Positions 22,953 to 32,419 of a stretch of 64,000 nucleotides of DNA are shown piece after piece. The stretch's first letter is position 1, and every line of letters begins with the position of its first letter. Under the pieces are notes generated by a model. The model was not told the origin of the DNA, did no database searches, and saw only the letters and a program-made list of their open reading frames with translations. Source of the DNA: a virus; IMG/VR virus record IMGVR_UViG_3300034069_000930, positions 1 through 64,000 of that record; one strand, 5' to 3'. A program made the position numbers and the translations under genes.

Positions 22953-23474
22953 TTACGAGCGGGTGACAGGCATCTGCGGGGAGAACTGCAGCACGCCGGA
23001 GGCCGTGACGACGCCGACCTGCTGGTAAGTGTGGCCCGCCGTGGTGGCGCCCGTGGCGGAGACACCGCCCACCGTCGTGTCGGACAGGTAGGCGAGACCG
23101 GCGGTGAGACCGGATACCGCGGTGTTGAGGCCCGACAGGTAGACCGTGGCTTGATTGCCGCTCGTCACCGCGGCGAGCACGAAGCCGTCCGCCTCCTTGC
23201 CGACCGTGGAGCCGTCGGCGTTGCGGACCGACACCGTGCCGGAGCTGACCCACACGTTGACGAGGGCGCCGGCCGAGATTGCCTCCGTGGCGGGCAGCAC
23301 CTGTGTATCGGGGCCGACCCCGGTCGGCAGCATGGTGACGCCGAGTTGACCATTGGCATCGAGCGCGGGAACGTTGCCGGCGTTGGCAGCGCCACCCACC
23401 GTGACGGGGACGTATTCGACGAGCGCCTTCGCGCCCTGGGTCAGAAGGCGCTGCGGCTGGGCGAGAGCGGCCAT
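22953..23474 (-). CDS. fibre-like protein
   Basis: 173 aa. NVPALDANGQLGVTMLP resembles the IPxLDxxGKLxxxxLP motif common in tail fibres. Confidence 0.55.
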   Translation of the reverse strand: MAALAQPQRLLTQGAKALVEYVPVTVGGAANAGNVPALDANGQLGVTMLPTGVGPDTQVLPATEAISAGALVNVWVSSGTVSVRNADGSTVGKEADGFVLAAVTSGNQATVYLSGLNTAVSGLTAGLAYLSDTTVGGVSATGATTAGHTYQQVGVVTASGVLQFSPQMPVTRS

Positions 23475-23487
23475 GGTGTGGTCCTAT

Positions 23488-24090
23488 TCAGGCGAGTTGA
23501 ACGAGGGGACCCGGCGCCACGAGCAACGATGTCGTGCTCGGAGCAAACCCGATGAGGTGAAATAGCCCGGTCGTGGGTGCAGCCTGCGTCAAGGCACCGG
23601 CCAAGCCGACATAGACGGGCTGCAGCGGTGCCCAGGCCCACGATGGTTCGGCTACGAGCCCGGACACCACGGCCTGCACGGTCGAGCCCGCAGCCGCAGC
23701 ACCGAGCGACACCCCAGCGAAGGTGTAGTCCGACACCGTTGGGTCGGCATAGACGGCCCATCCAGACCCGTCTTCGGCGAACATCAGCGCTTTGTGACCA
23801 CCGAGGTCCAAGCCGGCCATCAAATTCACGACGCCGCCGACCGGGCGCCGCATCGTGAACTGCCCTGCCAAGTAAGCCATCACGGCATCGGGCGTGTCGA
23901 AGGTGGCGCCCGTCCTGTCGGCGACTTGCGCCCAGGGCACGGCCGCGATGGAAAAGCTCGACTGAATGCGGGTGATCGACACGATGCCGGCGTCGGACAG
24001 TGTCGCTGTCAGTGATCCCGCCACCAGCGCGGACGGGATCGTGTCGATGAGGATTTCGTTCTCTTGGAACCAGATCCGGACGGCGGTCAT
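23488..24090 (-). CDS. hypothetical tail-module protein
   Basis: 200-aa ORF. ATGA overlap with the next gene. Confidence 0.55.
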   Translation of the reverse strand: MTAVRIWFQENEILIDTIPSALVAGSLTATLSDAGIVSITRIQSSFSIAAVPWAQVADRTGATFDTPDAVMAYLAGQFTMRRPVGGVVNLMAGLDLGGHKALMFAEDGSGWAVYADPTVSDYTFAGVSLGAAAAGSTVQAVVSGLVAEPSWAWAPLQPVYVGLAGALTQAAPTTGLFHLIGFAPSTTSLLVAPGPLVQLA

Positions 24091-24686
24091 GCCTTCACCG
24101 ACAACGGTTCGACCACGAGGCTTTCGCTGGTGACGACGGCCCCAACGGAGGACGTGACGAAGAGCCGGACGCCGTTGGACAGGAATACCGCCTTCGGGAA
24201 CAGCTTCAAGCGAAACGCGATGCGCTGGCCCTGCCCGGCGGGGGCGGACAGAGTTGCGGTGTCGCTGTCGGTCAAGGTGGTGAGGCCGTTGATCGTGGCG
24301 TCCACCGTGACGCTGCCGCCCGCCACCTGGGCCGTCACCGTCATGGTGAAACGGATGTCGTAGGCATCACCCAATGCGCGGGCGTGCAGGAGGGACCCGT
24401 CGAAGAACGGAAACCCCTTGAACACCCCGGCGAGCGCGTCCGTGGTCTGCAGCGGGTCGATGGTCATCGACAGCGGGGCACGGACGCTGGGCAGCAGGAC
24501 GGCGCCTACGTCGGTCGACGCTTCGACGTACTGGATGTAGCCGTAGCCGTAGAATGCCTCTCCAGCGGTCCCTGGAGCGCCCTGTGGGCCACGTTCGATC
24601 ACGGCCGCAGGGTAGTGGACCTGCGGCCCCGACCCAACGGCCGGATGTCGCGGGGTGGACACGCCGACCGGCCGGCGGATCGGCAT
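24087..24686 (-). CDS. hypothetical tail-module protein
   Basis: 199 aa from MPIRRPVGV. The track ORF to 25094 is an Arg/His-rich over-extension overlapping the upstream gene. Contains GPQGAPGTAG. Confidence 0.5.
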   Translation of the reverse strand: MPIRRPVGVSTPRHPAVGSGPQVHYPAAVIERGPQGAPGTAGEAFYGYGYIQYVEASTDVGAVLLPSVRAPLSMTIDPLQTTDALAGVFKGFPFFDGSLLHARALGDAYDIRFTMTVTAQVAGGSVTVDATINGLTTLTDSDTATLSAPAGQGQRIAFRLKLFPKAVFLSNGVRLFVTSSVGAVVTSESLVVEPLSVKA

Positions 24687-24709
24687 GGCAGTCCCGATGA
24701 GGCGCCCGG

Positions 24710-25171
24710 TCAAAACACGAACACCGGCTGGAGCCCGATGGTGACGAGCGCGCCCGACGTGTCCCGCACCATGGGTTCGGCGATGAGGAGCGACCGCGTC
24801 GGGTCGCCCCAAGCGCAGAATTCCTGCCGCCCGAACCCCGTCGCCGACGCGGGAAGAGACAACGAAATCACGCCCTGTGTCGGATCGCCCACGATGTCGC
24901 CGGTCGGGATCGTAGTTGCGATGCGGACCTGGGGTGAAAAACGGGTGGCCTGCCGCTGATAGCTGATGGCTCCCGACACCGAACACCCAGTGAGGTCGCG
25001 CGGCTCGCCAGCGGTGATGATCGTGACGCCGTCCGCCGCATAGACCGGCTCCACGCTCCACACGATGTAGGTCAGGGCGTTCGAGCCCGACCAATCGTTG
25101 TTGGCGAAGCGCCAGTCGGGCGTGAGATAGCTCGGCGCGATCGGAAGCACGGTGGGGGCGATGGTCGTCAT
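24710..25171 (-). CDS. hypothetical tail-module protein
   Basis: 153 aa from MTTIAPTVLP. GAGG SD. Confidence 0.5.
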   Translation of the reverse strand: MTTIAPTVLPIAPSYLTPDWRFANNDWSGSNALTYIVWSVEPVYAADGVTIITAGEPRDLTGCSVSGAISYQRQATRFSPQVRIATTIPTGDIVGDPTQGVISLSLPASATGFGRQEFCAWGDPTRSLLIAEPMVRDTSGALVTIGLQPVFVF

Positions 25172-25199
25172 CAGCACCTCGAAGGGTGGGTCAGCGATG

Positions 25200-25613
25200 T
25201 CAGGCGAACTTGGCCGCAGCCCGGAACAGGTCATCGACCTGGCTTGAGGTCAGCCCGAGCGCGGCGCCCATGGCGGTGATGACGTCGTCCTCGCGGAGGA
25301 AAACGTTGGCGTAGTCCCAGGCGTCCACGAAGACCGGGTTGCCGGCCCCGCGCACCGCTGCGTCGGCCTTGTCGAACAGCGCGGCGGCCCGCAGCGCGCG
25401 GCGGGCCTGGTAGTTCGTCACCGAGGACGGCACGGGGTCGGGCAGCGTAAAGGTCGCCAGCACGTTTGCCGCAGCGGCGCGCTGGTCATCCGTAGCCGTG
25501 TCGAGAAAACCGCATCGCCACGTCGTGCGGTCCGACTCGTCAGCCGCGTCGAGGTTGCAGACCGGAGCAACGGCAGCGAGCGCTGCGAACAGGGCGTCAT
25601 GGAGTGCACTCAT
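25200..25613 (-). CDS. hypothetical protein (fibre assembly?)
   Basis: 137-aa ORF directly downstream of the collagen-like fibre gene. Confidence 0.5.
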   Translation of the reverse strand: MSALHDALFAALAAVAPVCNLDAADESDRTTWRCGFLDTATDDQRAAAANVLATFTLPDPVPSSVTNYQARRALRAAALFDKADAAVRGAGNPVFVDAWDYANVFLREDDVITAMGAALGLTSSQVDDLFRAAAKFA

Positions 25614-25614
25614 G

Positions 25615-27366
25615 TCACTGCACCTTCGCGTAGACGCCCATGACCTGCACGCCCGTGCCAGCCGTGGTCTGAACGCGCGTCTTTAGGGCCTGTCCGGTTC
25701 CTGGTAGCGTCGCGCCGTTCGCCTCGTAGATGAGGTAGCCTTTTGTGGTTGAGCCGGAGAGCGTGAGCGTCATTTGCGTGTAGGACGGAGTGCCGGCCGT
25801 ACCGTTCTGCGAGATCGAAGCGATCAGGTTCGTCTGCGGCGTGATCGTTGCTCCATTGAGCGGATTGACGATGACAAACAGGCTGCCTTTGGTCGGGACG
25901 GACGGCAGGGCGAGCGCGGCGGAGCGTAGGTCAAGCGCTGGCGTCGACAGCACGAAAGCCGCCGTCGCGGGCGTGTAGCTCGCCGTGTAGCGGCACACGT
26001 TAGAGATGCGCAGCTCGTCGATGTAGCCCGGGAAGCCGGTCAGGCTGGAGTTGTTCGGACCATATCCGATCTGGACTTGGTTCGGCGTGCCGTAGCCCTG
26101 TACCGCCGTGGTGCTCTGCAGCGTGCCGTTCGTGAAGACGCGCAGATTGGTGCTGTCGCAGGTGACCGCGATAACGACCTTTGTGCCAGCCACGAAGGTG
26201 TTAGCGATCGAGATGCCGGAACTGTTCGTGCCGTTGTCGACGACCAGCGCGGCGCCGGAACACCGGATGTCGATGCCGGCGGCGGCTCCGGCATTGGCCT
26301 GCACGAGGGATGAATAGCTCGCCGGCGTCGCCGTTGGGTTCGCCACGAACTCGATGGTCCAAGGCGAACTGGAACTGAGGAAGTTGAAGTCCGTGCTGAT
26401 GCCCGTGGTGACGCCGCCCGACGCCGACCCGTCGCACAGCAGTGAGGCGGAACCGAAGGTCGCATAGGCGGTGCTGAGCTTGGCCGTGCCGGCCATCGTC
26501 AGGGTGTGGCCGGCATCGTCCGTGGTTGTCGTCGTGCCGTTCGCCCCGTCGAAATGGCAGAGCAGCTTCGTCGAAGGATCAAGGTTGTAATAGTACATCC
26601 CAGATGCGTTGTAGGCGGCATTGACTGAGCCAGACACATCCACGTTGCTCTGGTCGAAGAACCCGTCAGCGAAAGCGCCAATCTGCCCGAGCCAAGTGCG
26701 CGTCTTCGCCGTCTCAATGAGACCCTGGCGCCAGTCGGTGAGGGTAGGGACGGCGGCGAGGCCTGCCGCAAGGGCCGTCGCTGACGCGGCTCCGACTATA
26801 CGGCTATCGTTGCCAGCGGCGAGCGTGCCCGCCACGGTTCCGGTATTCTTGAACGCCGCATCGCCTAAAGCGCCGCCGTCTTTAAGAACGGTACCTGTCG
26901 TGTCGGCGAAAACTACCACATCGCCAGCGGTCGTCGCGCTTGAGGGGGCGACTACGTTACCGGTGCCGGGACCGGCTGGGCCAGCCGGCCCCATAGGCCC
27001 TGTGTCGCCCTTCGCTGACAACAACCCCCAGAAAGCGTTGCTGCTATTAAACGTCGGCCGGTTCGCGGCTGTAGACGTATGTGTCTGCAGGCATTCGTAA
27101 GACGCGCCGAGATCGGACACAATCGACGTTGAGGCCGTCGCGGTTGCGACACCTTGGAAGACTACACCCAATGCCCAAGCTCGCGTTAGCTGCAAACCGG
27201 GAGGGCCAACGGGGCCCTGAATGCCCTGCGGGCCGTACGGACCGATGCCGCCGACCGGGCCGACCGGGCCGGCAACGCCTTGCGGTCCAGCGGGACCGAC
27301 CGGGCCGGGAATGTAGGTCGATGCCGTGTAACCCGGCGTCACGACTGTTGGGCCAGAAAACGCCAT
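25615..27366 (-). CDS. tail fibre with collagen-like repeats and LamG/concanavalin-like domain
   Basis: 583 aa. GPVGPAGPQGVAGPVGPVGGIGPYGPQGIQGPVGPPG and GDTGPMGPAGPAGPG. Later LLCHFDG..., NLRVFTNGTL and IDELRISNVCRY are typical of LamG-type jelly rolls. Confidence 0.8.
   Translation of the reverse strand: MAFSGPTVVTPGYTASTYIPGPVGPAGPQGVAGPVGPVGGIGPYGPQGIQGPVGPPGLQLTRAWALGVVFQGVATATASTSIVSDLGASYECLQTHTSTAANRPTFNSSNAFWGLLSAKGDTGPMGPAGPAGPGTGNVVAPSSATTAGDVVVFADTTGTVLKDGGALGDAAFKNTGTVAGTLAAGNDSRIVGAASATALAAGLAAVPTLTDWRQGLIETAKTRTWLGQIGAFADGFFDQSNVDVSGSVNAAYNASGMYYYNLDPSTKLLCHFDGANGTTTTTDDAGHTLTMAGTAKLSTAYATFGSASLLCDGSASGGVTTGISTDFNFLSSSSPWTIEFVANPTATPASYSSLVQANAGAAAGIDIRCSGAALVVDNGTNSSGISIANTFVAGTKVVIAVTCDSTNLRVFTNGTLQSTTAVQGYGTPNQVQIGYGPNNSSLTGFPGYIDELRISNVCRYTASYTPATAAFVLSTPALDLRSAALALPSVPTKGSLFVIVNPLNGATITPQTNLIASISQNGTAGTPSYTQMTLTLSGSTTKGYLIYEANGATLPGTGQALKTRVQTTAGTGVQVMGVYAKVQ
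27195..27310 (-). repeat. Gly-X-Y collagen-like triplet repeat (coding)
   Basis: About 13 consecutive GXY triplets in the N-terminus of the fibre. Coordinates approximate. Confidence 0.75.
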
Positions 27367-27369
27367 GGA

Positions 27370-27780
27370 TCAGGCTACCCCTTGCGCAACGATGAAGGCG
27401 CCCGAGATGAGGGTCTTCGTAGCGCCGCCCGCCGAGCCCTGCACGCCATAGACGTAGGATCCAGGCTTAAGAAACGGCGGCCAAATAGTATTGCTGTTAC
27501 CGTCACGGCACGGCACGGCGGTGGACCAAGCCGAATTCACTCCGCCGTTCGATGTCGGCAACAGCAGAATCCCGCCGAGAGACGTGTCGGTATAGAACAG
27601 CACAAGGGGCGACCCGAGCCTGGGGCGCACCGTGATGGATATGACGATACCATCGAGCGCGACCGGCAATCCTGTCGCGGGATCGGTATATCCGATCGCG
27701 TCATACCAGTCTTCGTCGGGCTTGACCGTGATGGTGTCGGTCAACTCTTCAAGCCCGTAAAGGGTCGAGACGGCGCTCAC
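27370..27780 (-). CDS. hypothetical tail-module protein
   Basis: 136-aa ORF. ATGA overlap with the upstream gene. Confidence 0.55.
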   Translation of the reverse strand: MSAVSTLYGLEELTDTITVKPDEDWYDAIGYTDPATGLPVALDGIVISITVRPRLGSPLVLFYTDTSLGGILLLPTSNGGVNSAWSTAVPCRDGNSNTIWPPFLKPGSYVYGVQGSAGGATKTLISGAFIVAQGVA

Positions 27781-28505
27781 AGCGAGGCAAAGCCCTTGTC
27801 GACGTCCTGGTAGGTCTTCACGGCGCCCTTCGCGATAGACGCCTTGATGGCGTCCTCTGCGTCGAAACAGGCCTGGACGTGATCAGCCACCCCGTCCGAC
27901 ACGGCGATGAGCTTGGCAGCGTTGAGATCGTAAGCCTTGCCGTCCGTGCCGGTCATCCGCTTCGAGAATTTCGGATCACGGGCCGCGCGGCTCGCCGCCG
28001 CCGCATAGACGGGAACGGCTTCGCGGGTGGTGTAGGCGGGGAAATTACCCACCGTGACGCCGCCGATCTCCTTCACCCACCGCTCCTGCGCCGCGTAGGC
28101 CAAGAGCATGTCGGGCGTCCAGTCGCGCGGAGCCTGCGGAGGGCGGTGGTCGTCCTCAAAGACACGGTTGTCGGGGTAGACCCCTTTGTCAGCCATCTCA
28201 CGAAGGGGATGCTGAATCTCGCCCAGCACCGGATCTACGATCGTGAGCGGCACATCATGTTTGTCGAGGTCAGCATGGCTGGGGGGCACGGCTGTCGGCG
28301 GATCGCCGAGCAACTGCGGCTCAGGTCCATACTTCGGCCAAGCCGCGATGTCTCTCAACTCGCCTTCGTACGGCACGACGACGCAATCGTCATGCCCGGT
28401 CAGGATCGCGGCGTGGTCGCGGTCGACGGGATAGATCTGTTCGACGACCCCGAGACCCGGGTCGCCGTCGAGACCATAGCGGCAGGCAAGCTTGAAGCTG
28501 GGCAC
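27777..28505 (-). CDS. hypothetical protein (C-terminus reminiscent of DUF4376 fibre-associated domain)
   Basis: 242 aa from GTG 28505 (AAGGA 8 nt upstream). The track ORF start at 28622 would overlap the upstream gene by 107 nt. Confidence 0.5.
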   Translation of the reverse strand: MPSFKLACRYGLDGDPGLGVVEQIYPVDRDHAAILTGHDDCVVVPYEGELRDIAAWPKYGPEPQLLGDPPTAVPPSHADLDKHDVPLTIVDPVLGEIQHPLREMADKGVYPDNRVFEDDHRPPQAPRDWTPDMLLAYAAQERWVKEIGGVTVGNFPAYTTREAVPVYAAAASRAARDPKFSKRMTGTDGKAYDLNAAKLIAVSDGVADHVQACFDAEDAIKASIAKGAVKTYQDVDKGFASL

Positions 28506-28515
28506 TCGGATGTCC

Positions 28516-30042
28516 TTACTTGTAGTTCGCCGCGCCGCGAGCGTTAAGGCCGCTGTTCGCGGTTGGCGACGCCGTTCCGACGCTGGATCCGATGGCGGTA
28601 TTGATGGATGCGACGTCGGCATACATGTCGCCCGACGCGTTGCCGCTGAACGTCACGCCGGAACCCAAGTTGCACTGGCTTTGAAACTGACTGAACAGGC
28701 CCCATTGCCCAGCGTTGATGATGCGAACGCCCGTCGCGACCTGAGAGTCGAACTTTCCCATCGAGGAGAGATAAATGTTATGCGTGTTATTGTCCGTAAA
28801 ATCCACGGTTCCCGATGCGCTGTCGATATATACCGCGCCGGTGTTCTGACAGGCAATACCGTATTTGCTGAACATTCCGAGGATGTTGCCGGTGTTCACT
28901 TCGCCGATGGAGCCGTGCGAAAACCAGATGCCGGCCCGCGTGCAATAGGTCGCCGCGACGTTGTTCATCTGCACGGCGCCCAGCATCTCGACCCGTAGGC
29001 CGTCGAGGCCGAAGCCATGCAGGGCAACGTTGACGAGCTGCGTCGAGGCGCGTCCCACCACGGTCGACCAATCCGAAACCTTCAGGCCGTAGAATCCGCC
29101 GGAATTAGTGCCGTCGCCGCTGAGAAGGACGTTCTGGAAAGAGCCCAGGGCGGCGTCGTTGATCTTGACGATCTCGGTGCCGACAGAAGTGAACTGCGTC
29201 GGGATGATGCCCTGCCAGATGGCGAGACACTGCGCGGCCGTCTTGCCGACGAACATAGCGCGGGTCGGCCATGACCCCGTGAGTGGGGCGCCGATGATGT
29301 TGATGCGCTGCCCGAAGGGATGGTGGAACAGCAGGGGGCCGGTGATGGAGGTGAAGGCGAACTGACCGGCACCCACATTGATGTTGAAGGTCGCCGCGGA
29401 CGAAATCACGAGCTGACTCGCGCCGATCACCATGGCGTTGAGCTGCGCCTGCGTGGTCGCGGTCAGGGTGATGGAGGTCGATACCGTCTTGTCGTTCAGC
29501 AGCCGGAACGACGCGCCGTCGTAGGTCAGGGCGACGACATCGCCGGCATACCATTCGAGGCCGGTGAGGGCCTGGCCGTTGGCTTTCGCGATCGGTGCCG
29601 CAGCGATGTTGTTGAACTGCGCCTGCGTCGGCCCTCCGCAGGTGTTCGCCATCTTGACGAGATAGATCGCTTCCGGCGTGTAGGAGGTCATCACGGGCGA
29701 CAGCGTCGCCATCACGGTGTTGACGGCAGACGCCGCGGCCGACCCTGTGAAGATCGGCGGCACGCTGGTCACCAGCGTCGCGGCGAGCATCTGCTTGAAC
29801 TTGGTGACGACATTGGCGACGATGCCATCGTCGAGCATGTCGGTTCCGGTGGTGTCGCAGATCACCTGAGCGACGGCGGACGCGATGACGGACGCCTGCC
29901 GCCAAGTCGTGTTCGACAGGGTGGACGACCCCTTGCCCGACACGACGCCAGTCAGCACCTCGCCACGCGCGGCATAGGTCGCGTAAGAAAAGATGTTCGC
30001 GCTGCCCGACGTTGCGAAGGGCAGATATTGGTTGGTCGGCAT
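28516..30042 (-). CDS. tail fibre/tailspike with conserved fibre N-terminus and beta-helix-like C-terminus
   Basis: 508 aa. MPTNQYLPFATSGSANIFSYATYA...WRQASVIASAVAQVICD is a common fibre N-terminal module. The C-terminal half has repetitive G/N/V-rich beta-helix-like turns. Confidence 0.7.
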   Translation of the reverse strand: MPTNQYLPFATSGSANIFSYATYAARGEVLTGVVSGKGSSTLSNTTWRQASVIASAVAQVICDTTGTDMLDDGIVANVVTKFKQMLAATLVTSVPPIFTGSAAASAVNTVMATLSPVMTSYTPEAIYLVKMANTCGGPTQAQFNNIAAAPIAKANGQALTGLEWYAGDVVALTYDGASFRLLNDKTVSTSITLTATTQAQLNAMVIGASQLVISSAATFNINVGAGQFAFTSITGPLLFHHPFGQRINIIGAPLTGSWPTRAMFVGKTAAQCLAIWQGIIPTQFTSVGTEIVKINDAALGSFQNVLLSGDGTNSGGFYGLKVSDWSTVVGRASTQLVNVALHGFGLDGLRVEMLGAVQMNNVAATYCTRAGIWFSHGSIGEVNTGNILGMFSKYGIACQNTGAVYIDSASGTVDFTDNNTHNIYLSSMGKFDSQVATGVRIINAGQWGLFSQFQSQCNLGSGVTFSGNASGDMYADVASINTAIGSSVGTASPTANSGLNARGAANYK

Positions 30043-30051
30043 CGGCCTTCC

Positions 30052-30852
30052 TTACGCGGAGGGGATTTCGTTCGCGGCGATGAAGGCAGGATCGACGCCC
30101 CAGGCGCCGTCGTCCCAGCCGGACACGTATTCGTTGTCCATGTCCCAGCCGAACACGGCGGCGCCGTCGATCGACGTCACGGCATAGTCGAGCGCCACGC
30201 CCGACGGCCGGATCCTGAAAGCGCCTTGGCCCAGCAACCCGAGGTCGATCAATCCCGGAAGCTTACCCGCGATGCAGATGGACATCCGCATCGGTAGGGG
30301 CGTCGCGTCGGTCGTATCTCCCGCGACTTCCCACGCCCCCTGATCCCAGCCTCGGACGTCATCGTCCCAGGTGAAAAAGGCGTTGAGCGCCGAATAGCCA
30401 TCGTCTTGAATGAAGACGAGCGTGTCAGGGTCGGTGAAATAGGCGTCGAGCACGGCTTGTGCGCCGGCCACCGTCCCATCCCACACGTTGGCGAGGATGC
30501 AGGCCCGCAGGAGGCGGCGATAAGTGTCGTCGTCGAGAGTGTAGAGGCCGTATCCCGCGCTGTAGGGGCCTTGCCAGATGCCCTTGTCCCAGCCGCGCGC
30601 AGCGTCGTCCCAGGTGAAGAAGATGCCTTCAAGCGGATACGGCAGTTCACGAGAGCGCCCGACACGAACGCCGATCGCATCGAGTTGCGGTCCGATCGCC
30701 GTGTCGAGATCGAAATCAACGATGGCGAGGCTACGAAGCGCGACCTGCAACGCCGCCAGCGGAGCGACCGTCGCCGCGATGGTGGCGGTGAACTTCGGCT
30801 TATCGGCATTTGCGGGCGGGATGAGCGCCAGATAGCTGTCGACCGTCCTCAC
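30052..30852 (-). CDS. baseplate protein (DUF2612-like)
   Basis: 266 aa. Sits next to the baseplate J gene. Repeated FFTWDD..RGWD.G.W motifs. Family name from memory. Confidence 0.6.
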   Translation of the reverse strand: MRTVDSYLALIPPANADKPKFTATIAATVAPLAALQVALRSLAIVDFDLDTAIGPQLDAIGVRVGRSRELPYPLEGIFFTWDDAARGWDKGIWQGPYSAGYGLYTLDDDTYRRLLRACILANVWDGTVAGAQAVLDAYFTDPDTLVFIQDDGYSALNAFFTWDDDVRGWDQGAWEVAGDTTDATPLPMRMSICIAGKLPGLIDLGLLGQGAFRIRPSGVALDYAVTSIDGAAVFGWDMDNEYVSGWDDGAWGVDPAFIAANEIPSA

Positions 30853-32027
30853 GACGCGGCCACCAGAATGTAGTCGGACGACGTGAAGGCGCGCTCATTG
30901 AAGGCGATCGGGACATCGGCCGCCGCCGGGGTGGCGCCGTCCCGTGCGATGGTGATGTCGACCACGCGGTAGGGCCGAGCCCCGCCGATCAGCAGGGTCA
31001 GAACCGGCTCATACAGGTCGTTGACCACCACAGGCGTCCCGACGCCGAGGGAATTGATGAAGGAGGCCACGGCCGATTGGAGCGCCGCTTCGGCGTCGAG
31101 CGTGTAGCCTGCGAGCGCCTTGACGGTGATGTAGACGGTGATGATGGGCTGGTTCGGCCGAAAGAACGAAATCCGGCGCGGGATCTGCGCCTTGCCCACC
31201 GACACGATGGCACTGGTGGTTCCGTAGGTCGGTGAACCCTGCGTCTTCTTGAGCGCGATGGCTTCGGCGATGGCTTGGGTGTCCCCACCCTCGACCACGT
31301 AGGCGGTGCCGTGAGCTGGAATGTCGTTGGCATCGACGGTGTCGGTATCGTTCTCGAAGGGCGTGCAGGACGTCACATCCGGCAATGCCAGGATAGCCGC
31401 CACGATGCCGTCCGTGACCGTCTGGCTAGGAAGCGTGACGGACTGTCCCTGTCGGACCCGGAGCGCCGCATCGGTCTCTACGGCCGCGCCAGGAGAGGCG
31501 GGCGACGGGTTCGAGATTGACTGTAGGCCGAGCGTAGGGGTGACGATCTCACTGATAGTTCCTGCAGCAGCGGTCACACCGCCGACCGTGGAACATGTGG
31601 CGGTGAGGTCAATGGACCCTGATGCCGGAATGGTGAAGTTGGCCGGGAGCGCCCATTGATAGGTGCCGTCGCTCACGACGATGCCCGAGTAGGTTCGCGG
31701 CTGACCGATCACCGTCACGGTGGCGGTCGAGAACGACGCCGTCTTGCGGGTGATGCCGTTCGTCTTCACGATGGACGACAGGCCGACACCCTGCGCCGTC
31801 GCGGGCGAATAGGCGTTGTAGGTCGACAGGGCCATCGTGTAGGCGTCGCGCAGGGCGGACGCGATGATGCCGAGCCACTGGGTGTCCTGATCGGAATTGT
31901 CGAACAGGATGTCTTGCCCGTAGATCCCTCGGAAGGCGGCCTGCAGGCCAGCGACCACGTCCGCGTCGGACGGGAGGTGGAACCCCGCCGCGTCGACGTA
32001 GGGCACCGGGATCTGAGTCGAAGCCAT
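30849..32027 (-). CDS. baseplate J-like protein
   Basis: 392 aa from MASTQIPVPYVDAAGF (TGATG overlap with the upstream stop). ETDAALRVR and the overall pattern fit the gpJ/gp6-like family. Confidence 0.8.
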   Translation of the reverse strand: MASTQIPVPYVDAAGFHLPSDADVVAGLQAAFRGIYGQDILFDNSDQDTQWLGIIASALRDAYTMALSTYNAYSPATAQGVGLSSIVKTNGITRKTASFSTATVTVIGQPRTYSGIVVSDGTYQWALPANFTIPASGSIDLTATCSTVGGVTAAAGTISEIVTPTLGLQSISNPSPASPGAAVETDAALRVRQGQSVTLPSQTVTDGIVAAILALPDVTSCTPFENDTDTVDANDIPAHGTAYVVEGGDTQAIAEAIALKKTQGSPTYGTTSAIVSVGKAQIPRRISFFRPNQPIITVYITVKALAGYTLDAEAALQSAVASFINSLGVGTPVVVNDLYEPVLTLLIGGARPYRVVDITIARDGATPAAADVPIAFNERAFTSSDYILVAAS

Positions 32028-32419
32028 CAGCGCGCGATCCTGACGTCGGCGAGGGGATCGGCGATGGCCTGAGCAACCAGGACCTGCCCGAACTGCGTGT
32101 CGATGCGGGCCTGCACCGACCAGGACCGGGCTTGGCGATCCTGCTGACTGGCGTAGGCGCTGATGCCCGTGCAGCCCGGCGTCGCGAGGATGCGAGCCCG
32201 GATAGCGGGGTCGCGCGTGGCGTTGGTCCGCATGCCGAACACCATCGTCCGGTAGGGCGTGCCGTCGTCCGTCGCCCTGTACCACTGGCCGAGCCACAGC
32301 CCGAGCCGCGTCGCGGCCCGTTGGCGCACGACCTCTGGGATGTCGACGATGTAGTCGCGCGATCCCCGCCCGAACTGCATGTCGCCATTCTCATCGAGGG
32401 CGCGGACGCGGTTTGTCAC
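32027..32419 (-). CDS. small baseplate protein (gp25/W-like position)
   Basis: 130 aa from a GTG overlapping the upstream stop (GTGA). The track ORF to 32662 is over-extended. The call rests mainly on gene order. Confidence 0.45.
   Translation of the reverse strand: MTNRVRALDENGDMQFGRGSRDYIVDIPEVVRQRAATRLGLWLGQWYRATDDGTPYRTMVFGMRTNATRDPAIRARILATPGCTGISAYASQQDRQARSWSVQARIDTQFGQVLVAQAIADPLADVRIAR

Noticed and set aside
14906-30042. A diversity-generating retroelement or an invertible (shufflon/Cin-type) fibre segment.
   Set aside because: The window has no reverse transcriptase or invertase gene. I found no template/variable repeat pair and no inverted crossover sites flanking fibre C-termini.
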